Shown in pieces: positions 1 through 12,675 of a DNA stretch of 64,000 bases. The notes under the pieces were generated by a model. That model worked only from the letters and a program-made list of their open reading frames with translations. It ran no database searches and was not told the DNA's origin. Position 1 is the stretch's first letter, and each line of letters opens with the position of its first letter. The DNA lies in contig OZ024748.1 in assembly GCA_964016885.1 (NCBI GenBank), positions 8,990,001-9,054,000 on the forward strand, read 5' to 3'. The DNA comes from Eledone cirrhosa (lineage: Eukaryota). A program made the position numbers and the translations under genes.

Positions 1-711
1 GCTATTTCCTTTGCATTTTTTTTTTAATAAAATTATCGCTACACATTTAATTAATTCTATTTTCATCCTTCACCAAACGTGTTTCATCAAATTCCAGGGT
101 ATCTCTTTAGAGATTCTTATACTCAAAATCTCGTTTAGAATATTGTTAAAAAAAACGCTAGAAGGGAAATCATATAAGGAAGAGACTTTTTATAAATTCT
201 TTGTTTACTTTCTGATCTCAGCTTAAAGTGATGATGTATTTCGTAGGTCAAAGATTTACACCTAAATAAAGGAACCAAGTAATAATGTACTAAATGAACT
301 AAACAAAAATTATTTATCAATTAATATTTTCCTCTTATTTATGGAAAAAGTAAAAAATTAATCAGAGCGACTCTACAAAAAAATAATAATAATAATTTAA
401 AGAAATAGATCATGATTGACAGGTAAAGTGACAGCTATGAACGTATTATGGTCAGATTAGATAGCATTAACGAGGCCACGTTTTCTCAAACCTGCCGCCA
501 TATCAGAGAACATATGTTTACAATAGATAGAATTATGAAGACTTTTGGCTTGTATTAATTCGGATAATCAAAATAAAAAGATAAAAACACTTGAGCTAAT
601 AGACTTAGTGAACCAATGACATACATTTAGTTTAGGTAGGGGCTGATTTGTAATTTGAAAATTTAATAGAAAAGACTTTTAAAAATAAATATTGCGTTAC
701 TTTTAAAGGAT

Positions 712-800
712 GGTGGATTGGCAGTATCGGTGGAGCATTGGACGATATACTTTACAGAATAGAAACGATTAATCCTCTTTAGCTGTTAAGTTGGAAATCT
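712..800 (+). mobile_element. Degenerate 5' fragment of the window's main tRNA-derived SINE
   Basis: ggtggattggcagtatcggt is identical to the SINE head at 9068; downstream sequence is diverged. Confidence 0.55.
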
Positions 801-1647
801 TACACGGAATAAAAATGATTCTACCTTAAGAATCAGTCATATTTGTTTTGTCACTGATCTAGCGAGATTTCAAATTAGAAATGAAATTTCAGACTATGAA
901 ACTCCAGATTTAAACATCTGTTCATAGTTTCACTGTGACGTCCTTTATTAAAAATATAGGTAATTATTCGGTAGCTATTATTTTGCTCACCATAAAGGTG
1001 TACAATACTTAAGGAATGGTAAAGATGTTCTTTGGTTTATATCAAAGTATGTGAAAAGTTATGTTAAAGCGTTAAATTTCGTATCATTTCGTATCATTTA
1101 AGTAGGACCATTCTGTTGTTTGTAGCAACCAAATAAATGCAGCAAAATATATGTGTGCGATCAACCGTTTCTTTAACGACATTGTGTAGGATTTATCATT
1201 TGGAACAGGAACTAGTGACTGAGTCCACCTCAAAGTAAACAGAAATGTAATTTCATGCAACAATCTATAAATAGACATTTTCTTTAGCGTTAATCGCCTT
1301 GAAACTTCAGTGTAAAAAAAACTTATTCAGGTTGAAAGTTTCAATGGCGCTCAACAACTTGTCGATTTGAGACACAATATATTATTCCATGACTTAACTT
1401 GTGAAACATTACACCACACACAACAGAAAACAATGTATTGTTGTGTATGCGAACATATTTGCGAACATATTTGTTTTTAATTATTTTTATTGTTTGTAAA
1501 GGTACTATGGTTTGCAAGCCACGTTATTAGGAATGTTGATCCTACTTCGAAACTTCTGACATAATATAGCCAAAATACGTGCTGTCGCATTCATGCACAC
1601 ACATTATATATAATATAAGATCAAAAGATGGTTAAAAGGGTTCCAAG

Positions 1648-1718
1648 TATTTTATTATGCGCATTTCAAAAACAAATATCATCATGGGATGATATCTGCG
1701 TTCTCATCAGATAAAATA
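1648..1718 (-). ncRNA. Type I hammerhead ribozyme (family A, inverted-arm copy)
   Basis: Reverse complement of the 2916-2986 fold, with intact CUGAUGA and GAAA cores. Confidence 0.8.
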
Positions 1719-2915
1719 GGAATACATGATATGAAGCTTAAAAAACACTTGTGAATAGTGAAGTTTTAAATCAACATATGAAAAATAAATTAAGATTGAT
1801 GTATGAGATTGGGAAAAAGTGAGGGGGGGGGGGGGGTAAAGGTAAGGTAGGGGAAGAGATGAGAGTAAAGAATGATGGGGGAGGAGTATAAGAAAGAAGG
1901 ATGAGAGAGGAGGAGAGATGGGTGACAGAGAGAGAGAGAGATAGCCTTTACAACTGAGAAAAAAATATATATTGTCTCACAGAGAGAAATTAAAAAGCCG
2001 TTGGAAGATGATAGATAATTTAAAAGAATTTGAAATTAAAAGTTAATGAGGCTTATGCATGAAGAGAAAAAGGAATTAAGAATAATATTAAATTAAGGTT
2101 TGTATATTGAAGGGTTTAATAATGTGTGCGAGGAAAAGAAATTATGAATATGTATTATTAAAATTAAAATATTAATGTTATTAAGGATATAATGTGAAAA
2201 GAAGGGGGAGAATGAATGAGTTATGAACTTGGAGGAATTAGTTAGGGTTTAAGTTTGTTTTTATGTAATGTAATATATATTTTTTGATGTTAGATATTTT
2301 CTTCCTTAAACATTCTTTTCTTCTTTGCCTTCTGCGCTCATTTTTAAACAAACTATTTACGTACACATATTACATTACATAAAAACAAACTTAAACCCTA
2401 ACTAATTCCTCCAAGTTCATAACTCATTCATTCTCCCCCTTCTTTTCACATTATATCCTTAATAACATTAATATTTTTATTTTAATAATACATATTAATA
2501 ATTTCTTTTCCTCGCACATATTATTAAACCCTTCAATATACAAACCTTAATTTAATATTATTCTTAATTCCTTTTTCTCTTCATGCATAAACCTCATTAA
2601 CTTTTAATTTCAAATTCTTTTAAATTATCTATTATCTTCCAACGGCTTTTTAATTTCTCTCTGTGAGACAATATATATTTTTTTCTCAGTTGTAAAGGCT
2701 ATCTCTCTCTCTCTCTGTCACCCATGTCTCCTCCTCTCTCATCCTTCGTTCTTATACTCCTCCCCCACCATTCTTTACTCTCATCTCTTCCTCTTCCTTA
2801 CCCCCCCCCCCTCACTTTTTCCCAATCTCATACATCAATCTTAATTTATTTTTCATATGTTGATTTAAAACTTCACTATTCACAAGTGTTTTTTAAGCTT
2901 CATATCATGTATCCC

Positions 2916-2986
2916 TATTTTATCTGATGAGAACGCAGATATCATCCCATGATGATATTTGTTTTTGAAATGCGCATAATAAAATA
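2916..2986 (+). ncRNA. Type I hammerhead ribozyme (family A)
   Basis: tattttat-CTGATGA-gaacgcagatatcatc(ccat)gatgatatttgttttt-GAAA-tgcgca-TA-ataaaata: 8-bp stem I, 16-position stem II with one mismatch, palindromic stem III, UA cleavage site. Confidence 0.85.
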
Positions 2987-3306
2987 CTTGGAACTCTTTT
3001 AACCATCTTTTGATCTTATATTATTTCTACTCCAGTCCTACAAACTGTAGAGTGCTACTTAACCGATATTTACATTGCTTTATTGTGCTACAATACCTAT
3101 AGATATATACATATACATATATACATATACATAAATACATATATACATATACAAAAAAGCACTCTGGCTAATTGACCACTCCCCAAAGAAAAAACGGCCT
3201 GTGCCATGAAGTGGTCCTGTGTATCTAAATACCCCCCCCCCCCCATCCACCACCCCTCCCTTGCCACTACCTAAATGAATAAATACCAGAACTTAATATG
3301 ACACCC

Positions 3307-3357
3307 AGCTTCCTGAAGATTTCATCTGAATGAAACAGTACTAGTCCTGTAGAAGCT
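3307..3357 (+). ncRNA. Type I hammerhead ribozyme (family B)
   Basis: agcttc-CTGAAGA-tttc(atct)gaat-GAAA-cag(tactagtc)ctg-TA-gaagct: 6-bp stem I, stem III with palindromic ACTAGT loop, GUA cleavage triplet; U-U at the base of stem II. Confidence 0.7.
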
Positions 3358-3372
3358 CCTTCTATAAAATAA

Positions 3373-3429
<57 letters not shown>

Positions 3430-3582
3430 CGTATATATATGCATATATATATATACGTATATATATATATATATATATATATACGTATATATATATATAT
3501 ATACGTATATATATATATAGTAGAATAATCGAGTATCGAAAAATCGGCGCACGAGTTCACGATAAACAAGTTCACGATATAC

Positions 3583-3620
<38 letters not shown>

Positions 3621-4006
3621 GTATATATATATATATACATACATACATATACATATATATACATATATTCATATATATACTTATATATATACATATATAT
3701 ACTTATATATATACATATATATACTTATATATATACATATATATATATATATATACGTATATATGTACATATATATATATATACGTATATACATATATAC
3801 ATATATACGTATATACATATATACGTATATACATATATACATATATATATACATATATATATATATACGTATATACATATATATATATATACATATATAT
3901 ATATACATATATATATACACATATATATATATATATATACATATATATACATATATATATATATATATACATATATATACATATATATATATATACATAT
4001 ATATAC

Positions 4007-4039
<33 letters not shown>

Positions 4040-4059
4040 CATATACATATATATATATA

Positions 4060-4092
<33 letters not shown>

Positions 4093-4479
4093 ACACATAT
4101 ACACATATATATACATATATACATTTACACATATATATACATATATACATATACACATATACATATATATACATATACACATATACATATATATATATAT
4201 ATACATATATATACATATATACATATAAATATATATACATATACATATATATATACATAAATATATATACATATACATATATATACATATACCTATACAT
4301 ACATATACATATATATATGTACATATACATACATATATATACATATACATATATACATACAAATATATATATATACATATACATATATATATATACATAT
4401 ACATATATATACATATACATACAAATATATATATATACATATACATATATATATATACATATACATATATATATATATA
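3373..4479. repeat. Compound (TA)n/(TACA)n microsatellite
   Basis: Direct inspection; interrupted by a short unique island at ~3519-3580. Confidence 0.95.
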
Positions 4480-4518
4480 ACAACGATTTTCGTAAACCTT
4501 ATATAAAATATATGTATA

Positions 4519-4617
4519 CAGGCTGTCACACAAAATGTATACACACTTCAGCAGCATTCTAATAAATATTGCCTGTACAGGTAATCAAAGTGTGTATACA
4601 TTTTGGGGGTCACCCTG
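4519..4617. mobile_element. ~100-bp Tc1/mariner-type MITE
   Basis: TA|CAGGCTGTCACACAAAATGTATACACACTT...AAGTGTGTATACATTTTGGGGGTCACCCTG|TA: ~30-bp imperfect TIRs and TA target duplication; second copy at 16999-17098. Confidence 0.8.
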
Positions 4618-5193
4618 TATACACATCAAGATGTAATACATAATTAGGCTCCATTTCCTTCTCCAAAACCTTTATCCCGTGATTAATATGACAGTTGTGT
4701 TAGGTGTGACAATTTGATTGACTCAGCCACTCAGATACTGCGAAGATTTTCATAGTTGAATGAAAATCCCGTTAGAGCAGTCGCTGCTTTTACTGCGATT
4801 TTAACCCAAGTAATCTCCACCATTGAGGCAAAATGGAATTTTTTATTTCTGGACATTAGAAAAACACTACAGAAAGAATTTAAGTAGATTTTACAATTAA
4901 AGTGTAATGTGTCTTTCGTGTGACTTTCTTATTCAAGTAAACATATTCATAAAATGAACTATTTAGTTTGAATACATTCTTACAACTTTCTAGAATGCAA
5001 TTAATAGACTAATGTCTGTGATAAAACAACGTATATCTTGTAGGTGGTCATTTCTACTTAATAGAACATTCTCAACAGAATAATTAACATTTGGCTAAGA
5101 TATTTTAGCACAATGAACTTTTTCTTCGACAAGAACATTTCAAGAAAATGGTTTTACATTTACATTTTATTAGTATTAATACAATTCGAAGGT

Positions 5194-5762
5194 TGTAAGG
5201 CGTCATGTTAGTAGCATGCAGGACTAAATATGGTTGAGTATACCACATGGTACGTGTATTCTTCTAAATTCGAAGTAATCGGGACTGAATATATCATTTG
5301 TCCCACCTAGGTTGGTCAGAAGGGAAAACCAGTGACCACAGTCGTAAATTCAGTCTACTTATTCTCTACCAATAATAGCTCCGCGTTTTGTTGAAAGTAG
5401 GCTTGTTGCTCTCAATGACCCCGCCTGGCTCCGCACCGCCCGGAAGACGAACCAGGTCGGGAATACTGTCAACCTGCTCCGGTTTTATTTAGAGAAGTAT
5501 TTCAAGACTGATCCCAGACCAGTTCTCTTGTCGGGTCCCTTTCCCTTCCCGGAGGGTTCCACCTTCCTCTACAACGATGCACGAGGTTAGCCTCCACCAG
5601 ATGCACGAGGTTAGCCTCCACCAGATGCACGAGGTTAGCCTCCACCAGATGCACGAGGTTAGCCTCCACCAGATGCACGAGGTTAGCCTCCACCAGATAC
5701 CGGGATCCCCGCGATACGGACCTTTTCGGTTCTTCTTTCCATGTAATTTGATCCGTCTTACA
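5194..5762 (-). mobile_element. Probable solo LTR
   Basis: Starts TGTAAGGCG and ends CGTCTTACA (TG...CA, 8/9 inverted match). GC-richer than flanks; AATAAA on the minus strand at ~5484-5489; internal 24-bp tandem repeat. No 4-5 bp TSD seen. Confidence 0.45.
5577..5698. repeat. 24-bp tandem repeat x5 (atgcacgaggttagcctccaccag)
   Basis: Five perfect units. Confidence 0.95.
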
Positions 5763-7052
5763 GTCGACCACAGATTACCTAGATGTAAGGGCTCCACCTT
5801 TGAAGAGCATCGAGATGTTTCCAAACTGCTTGGCCCTAGCAACGTATTGTCTACGTGAAAATGAAGAAAATATAGTTTAAATATTTCGGCCAAGGGTCCA
5901 AATATTATGGGCCCGCATTTTTGGGAGGGCAATGTATGAAGCCCTAACAGTTTATAACAAAAATATTTCAATAAATAACGATTTAAACAACTCAAGACAA
6001 CAAACTTACTGGAGCCGATAGGAATACGTCAGTCACAAATGGGAAACAAAATAATAATTATTATTATTATTATTAAATTTATAATTCATTTTAATATAGG
6101 AAACGATAAATATATCTGCTAGTCAAAGAAATGCTCACAACTATATTCTTATTTGCAATAGCAGAGCACATGCAATATTGGTTAATAATTCAGTTGGTGG
6201 TGGAGAGGGGAGGGGGAGGTATTGATGAGGAGGGAGACGGGGGAGGTATTGATGAGGAAGGAAAAATATCTGCTTTGAACCTATTGCTGTTATTGGATTT
6301 GGGTAGCTTTCTTATTGTTTTCTTTCTTTTTCTTTCTTTTTCTTTTTCATTTTAAATTTCTTCGGGTAATGAACGAAACAATAACAAAAACATATTCTAC
6401 ATTTATCAGGAATTGGAATCCAGAGTTTTGTGTTGCTCTTATTTAATGCCAACTCAACCAACCAATATGTTAATGAACAGAAAAGAAAAGTAAAACAACT
6501 CCACAATTCCAAATACAATTTTCTTAAAACCAAAATTTGCACACATTTTAAAAATCTGTTACGTTTTTTTTTTTATTATTATTATTATTCTAATTTTTAT
6601 TTAATTTCTCTCTATTCTTACCTCCTTTATTATCATCTTATTACCACGCGCAATTAGAATTAGCTTTTATTTTTCCTTTCTTTCTTTTTTTTATGTGTAA
6701 TTTTCTCCGGGGAAGAGCAGCTATCTTCATTAGTTAGTCTTACCCGAAAGCGTACTTTGCTTAATTTCAAACCTAGCCAAATATATCCCCCACAGAAATA
6801 GGGCTGATATTTTTCTTCAGTGAATATTTGCAAAGTTTAAGCAGTTAATAAATGAAGTTTGAATAAAATTAACATATTGCAGCGATAGCAAGATTGTTCT
6901 ATACAATTTTACTCATTAATGTCTTTTGTGATGCAAAGCAGTATCCAACCATACATTAATTTGAATGAACAGTCGTGAAAACAAAATATATAAGTTTGGA
7001 GAAAATCATCATAAACCCATATTTTTTATTATCATTTGTCAGCAACAGCAAC

Positions 7053-7129
<77 letters not shown>

Positions 7130-7140
7130 CTGTAGTTTCA

Positions 7141-7173
<33 letters not shown>
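7053..7173. repeat. (GTA)n followed by (ATT)n microsatellite
   Basis: Direct inspection. Confidence 0.95.
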
Positions 7174-7175
<2 letters not shown>

Positions 7176-7897
7176 TTTCTGTGATTAATAATATATATAT
7201 TTTCGAGAAATGGTATATTCTAGAACTATTCTTCCTCAACAGATTTAAGCACAAAATTTATCAAATGCACTTAACTGAGATTTATATTAGAAGCTGTATA
7301 ATTTTGTACATTAGTCTTCTTGTTCTTCTTCATCTTCTTCCACTTATTCCTGAGAAGGTCGAGGGTGGGTGAGGGGGTCCCCAAACACTCCTTCCAACGG
7401 AAGCAAACCATCCCCAAGCGAGATCAGCCAAGCTCATGGATGTTCGAGTTCTATCCCTGGGACTCCCGTCGGTTGGTTTTGTATTTAAGTTGCAGCAATT
7501 AAATTTGCCATCACTTTCCCACTACTGGAAAAAATAACTTTCGTACATTTTTCCATGGAATTTGTTTTTTTTGTTTCCGATCTTCATTTTGTTGTCAAAT
7601 CTCTGCAACTCATCCCGGCCACTTGTTCATTGTCGCTCTCTCTTTTATTTGGGATCCCTCCGAATTCTGTTTCTCGGCTGTTTTTCATCCAGTTGTTGTT
7701 GCTACTCATACTCAGCCTGATTTCATTTCAACGAGTTTTAACAATTACGTTTAAAGAACCTTAAATCTATCACACCTCTTTTACACAGACCTGTCAACTT
7801 TCTCGGTCCGACGGGGGAGATCCCCCACCCACGTTGGGGTCGGTGAGAGATGTCTTCTCTTGTGAAAATAGATATAGCTTTCATTATGTAAAATCTC

Positions 7898-9107
7898 GGT
7901 GGATTGGCAGTATCGGTAGAGGGTCGGACGTCATGCTAGGGTGGTGGATTGGCAGTATCGGTAGAGGGTCGGACGCCATGCTAGGGTGGTGGATTGGCAG
8001 TATCGGTAGAGGGTCGGACGTCATGCTAGGGTGGTGGATTGGCAGTATCGGTAGAGGGTCGGACGCCATGCTAGGGTGGTGGATTGGCAGTATCGGTAGA
8101 GGGTCGGACGCCATGCTAGGGTGGTGGATTGGCAGTATCGGTAGAGGGTCGGACGCCATGCTAGGGTGGTGGATTGGCAGTATCGGTAGAGGGTCGGACG
8201 CCATGCTAGGGTGGTGGATTAGCAGTATCGGTAGAGGGTCGGACGTCATGCTAGGGTGGTGGATTGGCAGTATCGGTAGAGGGTCGGACGCCATGCTAGG
8301 GTGGTGGATTGGCAGTATCGGTAGAGGGTCGGACGCCATGCTAGGGTGGTGGATTGGCAGTATCGGTAGAGGGTCGGACGCCATGCTAGGGTGGTGGATT
8401 AGCAGTATCGGTAGAGGGTCGGACGTCATGCTAGGGTGGTGGATTGGCAGTATCGGTAGAGGGTCGGACGCCATGCTAGGGTGGTGGATTGGCAGTATCG
8501 GTAGAGGGTCGGACGCCATGCTAGGGTGGTGGATTGGCAGTATCGGTAGAGGGTCGGACGTCATGCTAGGGTGGTGGATTGGCAGTATCGGTAGAGGGTC
8601 GGACGTCATGCTAGGGTGGTGGATTGGCAGTATCGGTAGAGGGTCGGACGTCATGCTAGGGTGGTGGATTGGCAGTATCGGTAGAGGGTCGGACGCCATG
8701 CTAGGGCGGTGGATTGGCAGTATCGGTAGAGGGTCGGACGCCATGCTAGGGTGGTGGATTGGCAGTATCGGTAGAGGGTCGGACGTCATGCTAGGGTGGT
8801 GGATTGGCAGTATCGGTAGAGGGTCGGACGCCATGCTAGGGTGGTGGATTGGCAGTATCGGTAGAGGGTCGGACGTCATGCTAGGGTGGTGGATTGGCAG
8901 TATCGGTAGAGGGTCGGACGCCATGCTAGGGCGGTGGATTGGCAGTATCGGTAGAGGGTCGGACGCCATGCTAGGGTGGTGGATTGGCAGTATCGGTAGA
9001 GGGTCGGACGCCATGCTAGGGTGGTGGATTGGCAGTATCGGTAGAGGGTCGGACGCCATGCTAGGGTGGTGGATTGGCAGTATCGGTAGAGGGTCGGACG
9101 CCATGCT
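7898..9107 (+). repeat. 45-bp tandem array (27 units) made from the SINE 5' head
   Basis: Unit ggtggattggcagtatcggtagagggtcggacgYcatgctagggt; the last unit (9068) runs into the SINE body. Confidence 0.95.
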
Positions 9108-9254
9108 TTGACGCATAGAATTACGGCCCTTTCCATTCTGAGTTCAAATCCCGCCGAGGTCAACTTTGCCTTTCATCCTTACGGGGTCGATAACATAAAG
9201 TACCAGTAATGTACTGGGTATTTCTGGCCTTGTGCCTAAAGTAGAAACAATTAT
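9068..9254 (+). mobile_element. tRNA-derived SINE, full length
   Basis: A-box-like tggcagtatcgg, B-box-like gagttcaaatcc, body tttcatccttacggggtcgata...gtaccag, tail gtagaaacaattat; many copies in the window. Confidence 0.85.
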
Positions 9255-9834
9255 ATAAAATCTCCTCATTTTGCCTCATTTCTCCCCGTTTTGGGGCACT
9301 TTTTTTCATGGTACTTCTTGTTTGGGTTATTAGGGGTTGGCAGGTCTATTTACAGTTGATGTATTTACAAAAAAGACAGTAAAATTTCTCTCTTCATTTT
9401 GATTGACATATTAAACCTACTTTCATGTAATCGACATATAACTATATACCTATAGTTCTCATGTTACTAATCACAAATGGTATTTGTTTTATCTGACAAT
9501 TTATAGATCTTATTTCATAAGACTATATTTTTACGTTAACGCTTCACATGCTCAAGAGAAGTCGTACAACTTGCAATCTACTTTTTATTGCAAAGTACAC
9601 CTCAACCCCACCACATCACGACTTTTCTCAAATATTCTCATTTATCTCTTCTCAAACATTCCCACTCCACGGGAATCTCGCCTTCTTCACTAATGTTACC
9701 ATCTAGATACAAATTGGTAGAAATCTTGGAAAAATTACACTTCAAAACATTTGTGCTGTTAGTGTTGTGTTGTTTTTTAGCGGTGAATGAATTGTTGTGG
9801 CTATTGTAGAAGTGTTGTTGTTGTTTCTACTTGT

Positions 9835-10606
9835 TGGTGGTGGTGTGGTGGTAGTGGTGGAGGTGGTGGTGGTGGTGGTGGTGGTGGTGGTGGTGGTGGT
9901 GGTAGTGGTGGTGGTGGTGGTGTGGTGGTAGTGGTAGTGGTGGTGGTGTGGTGGTAGTGGTGGTGTGGTGTGGTGGTAGTGGTGGTGTTGGTGGTGGTGG
10001 TAGTGGTGGTGGTGTGGTGTAGTGGTAGTGGTGGTGGGGTGTGGTGGTAGTGGTGGTGGTGGTGTTGTTGGTGGTGGTGGTGGTTGTGTGGTGGTGTGGT
10101 GGTAGTGTGGCGGCAGTGGTGTGGTGGTGGTAGTGGTGGTGTGGTGTGGTGGTAGTGGTGGTGGTGTTGGTGGTGGTGGTGGTGGTGGTGGTGGTGGTGG
10201 TGTGGTGGTGTGGTGGTAGTGTGGCGGCAGTGGTGTGGTGGTGGTAGTGGTGGTGTGGTGGTAGTGTGGTGGCAGTGGTGTGATGGTGGTAGTGGTGGTA
10301 GTTGTGGTGGTAGTGGTGGTGTGGTGTGGTGGTAGTGGTGGTGGTAGTTGTGGTGTGGTGTGGTAGTGGTGGTGTGGTAGTGGTGGTGTGGTGGTGGTGT
10401 GGTGGTAGTGTGCTGGTGATGTGGTGGTGGTGGTGTTGGTGGTGGTGGTGGTGTGGTGGTGGTGGTGTGGTGGTTGCGACAGTGGTGGTGCTAGTGGTGG
10501 TGTATGTGGGAGAGACGGTGGTGGTGCTAGTGGTGGTGGCGGTGGTGTATGTGGGAGATACGGTGGTGGTGCTAGTGGTGGTGGCGGTGGTGTATACGGT
10601 GGTGGT
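9835..10606. repeat. Degenerate (GTG)n/(GTA)n low-complexity tract
   Basis: Direct inspection. Confidence 0.9.
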
Positions 10607-10739
10607 TGAAATGATTACCGTCTCAGCTAATCAAGACTTTGTTCTCTCTTTCTGAAGGTGTGTGTGGTGGCATGTCGGTGGGGGATGTTGTCGAGGACAT
10701 CGTCTTGGTCGTCTTTTGCAATGAAGGGGGAGGGGGAAG

Positions 10740-10825
10740 GATTGAGGCGGAGAAAGATGAAGATAGATAGATAGATATGTAGATAGATAGAGAGAGAGAG
10801 GGGGGGATTGAGGCGGAGAAAGATG

Positions 10826-10891
<66 letters not shown>

Positions 10892-10980
10892 TGTAGATAG
10901 ATAGATTGATAGATAGAGAGAGAGAGGAGGGGAGAGAAAGATTGAGGCGGAGAAAGATGAAGATAGATAGATAGATAGAT
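10740..10980. repeat. Three copies of gattgaggcggagaaagatgaa, each followed by (GATA)n
   Basis: Copies near 10740, 10807 and 10941. Confidence 0.85.
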
Positions 10981-11070
10981 AAAGAGGGATAGATAGCTAA
11001 AGCGACATAGATAGATAGAGATAGAGAGGTAGAAAAGGGGAGATAAAGAGAGAAAGAGAGAAAGATAAAG

Positions 11071-11102
<32 letters not shown>

Positions 11103-11458
11103 GTTGAGCGAGAGAGAGAAAGAGGTTGGTTTGTGTTTCTCTCACCATTGCAGGCTTTCGTTTTTGTCTAATCTCCTTTGCCGTATTTCTGTATTGTTTC
11201 CCGTCGACAGCGCCATCACCTTACAACAAAGAAGGAATATCCAGCAGTAACAGTTTCACAGACGAGACAAAAACGTTTCTATTTATTGTGTAAAGCCGTC
11301 TTCAAATGATACAAGAAAAAAGACAGCGCAGAAATAAATAGAAGACCGATAACCAGCTACTCAACGATGCGCCAGTCACAATTAGTTGGATTTTTTTGAA
11401 ATCATATACATGCATATATATATGTATATATATGCATATATAAATACACATACTCACT

Positions 11459-11536
<78 letters not shown>

Positions 11537-11714
11537 GCATATATAGGTACACATACACATATATAATATATATTTATATATATTTTTCTATACATATATA
11601 GGTACACATACATATATGATATATATATATGCATATATAGATACACATACACATACATATATATATATATACATATTTATATATGCATATATAAAATCAC
11701 ACACAGACACACAT

Positions 11715-11830
<116 letters not shown>

Positions 11831-12675
11831 CATCTATGGAAAATATAATATAAAGATTTGGCACCAATAATAATGCCTTTATCTCGATTATTTCCTGGTA
11901 TTTTGAGGATATTTTCAGACTTTTTCTTTATTTTTATGTATATTTTTGTCAAAACTATTTAAAGACATTCTCTTATTTCAAGAATAACGCATAATTTCTA
12001 CCACCAACATGTTTTCACCATCAACACCACTTTAAGCATGTCTGCTTTTCTCCTCGAAAGTTCCTCCCACACCAAAGATTTTACATCCCAATTATAATGC
12101 TTCCATTGTTAGTATTATCATTGTAATATTTTTTTTTTTCTCATATCAAATCTGTTGTTGGATTTGTTATATTTTTTGTTGTAATATCTCATTGCCGTGA
12201 CCAACTGCAATTGCTTCTCTCAGTGCTATCACTATGATAGCAATTGATCAAATGTTTATACAAGAATTAGTCGATATCATAGATTCTTACTGTTGTTACT
12301 GTTGTCAACGTTTAAAGATAACCAAATGGATTGCACGTAATTTTCTTCGTTTTTGGCTTAAATCTTGAGACCGACATAAACATCATACAATGCCCGGATA
12401 ACTTTCTTAATACACATTCATATATATGTCTTTCGTCTTTCTTTAGCCGATTTTTTAACGAAGAAATAATTATACATGATTTTCATGAATGTATGCGTCT
12501 CAACAAACGCACATATCCACTCATATATATATATATATATATATATATAATGTAGGAGGTGAGTTTTATTGTAGTACAATAAAGCAATGCAGATATCGGA
12601 TAAGAAGCACTCTACAGTTTGTAGGACTGGAGTATACATAATATAAGATCAAAAGATGGTTAAAGGAGTTCCATG

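Larger units (their letters stand above)
1610..3100 (+). mobile_element. Non-autonomous Penelope-like insertion (family A): inverted ~660-bp arms plus unique 3' tail
   Basis: 1610-2276 is the near-identical reverse complement of 2367-3024, with a ~90-bp spacer. Tail 3025-3100 (ctccagtcctacaaactgtagagtgc) recurs reversed at ~12551-12637. Each arm holds a hammerhead fold; flanks are TA-rich. Confidence 0.75.

Noticed and set aside
2277-2400. LN...CAH...YL translation resembling a Penelope-type endonuclease C-terminus
   Set aside because: Too short, interrupted by stops and low in complexity
3267-4562. Long YI/IY-rich ORFs here and similar ones across the window
   Set aside because: Translations of (TA)n/(CA)n microsatellites
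5489-5995. 168-aa ORF with WWRLTSCI repeats
   Set aside because: Openness is largely due to the 24-bp tandem repeat; no recognisable domain
7340-7860. GC-richer unique island as possible exons
   Set aside because: Manual translation gave only short frames with no recognisable motif or convincing splice pair
7834-9116. 425-aa (+) and 410-aa (-) ORFs; CRISPR-like periodicity
   Set aside because: The unit is 45 bp, has no stop in these frames and derives from a SINE head; there are no unique spacers or cas genes
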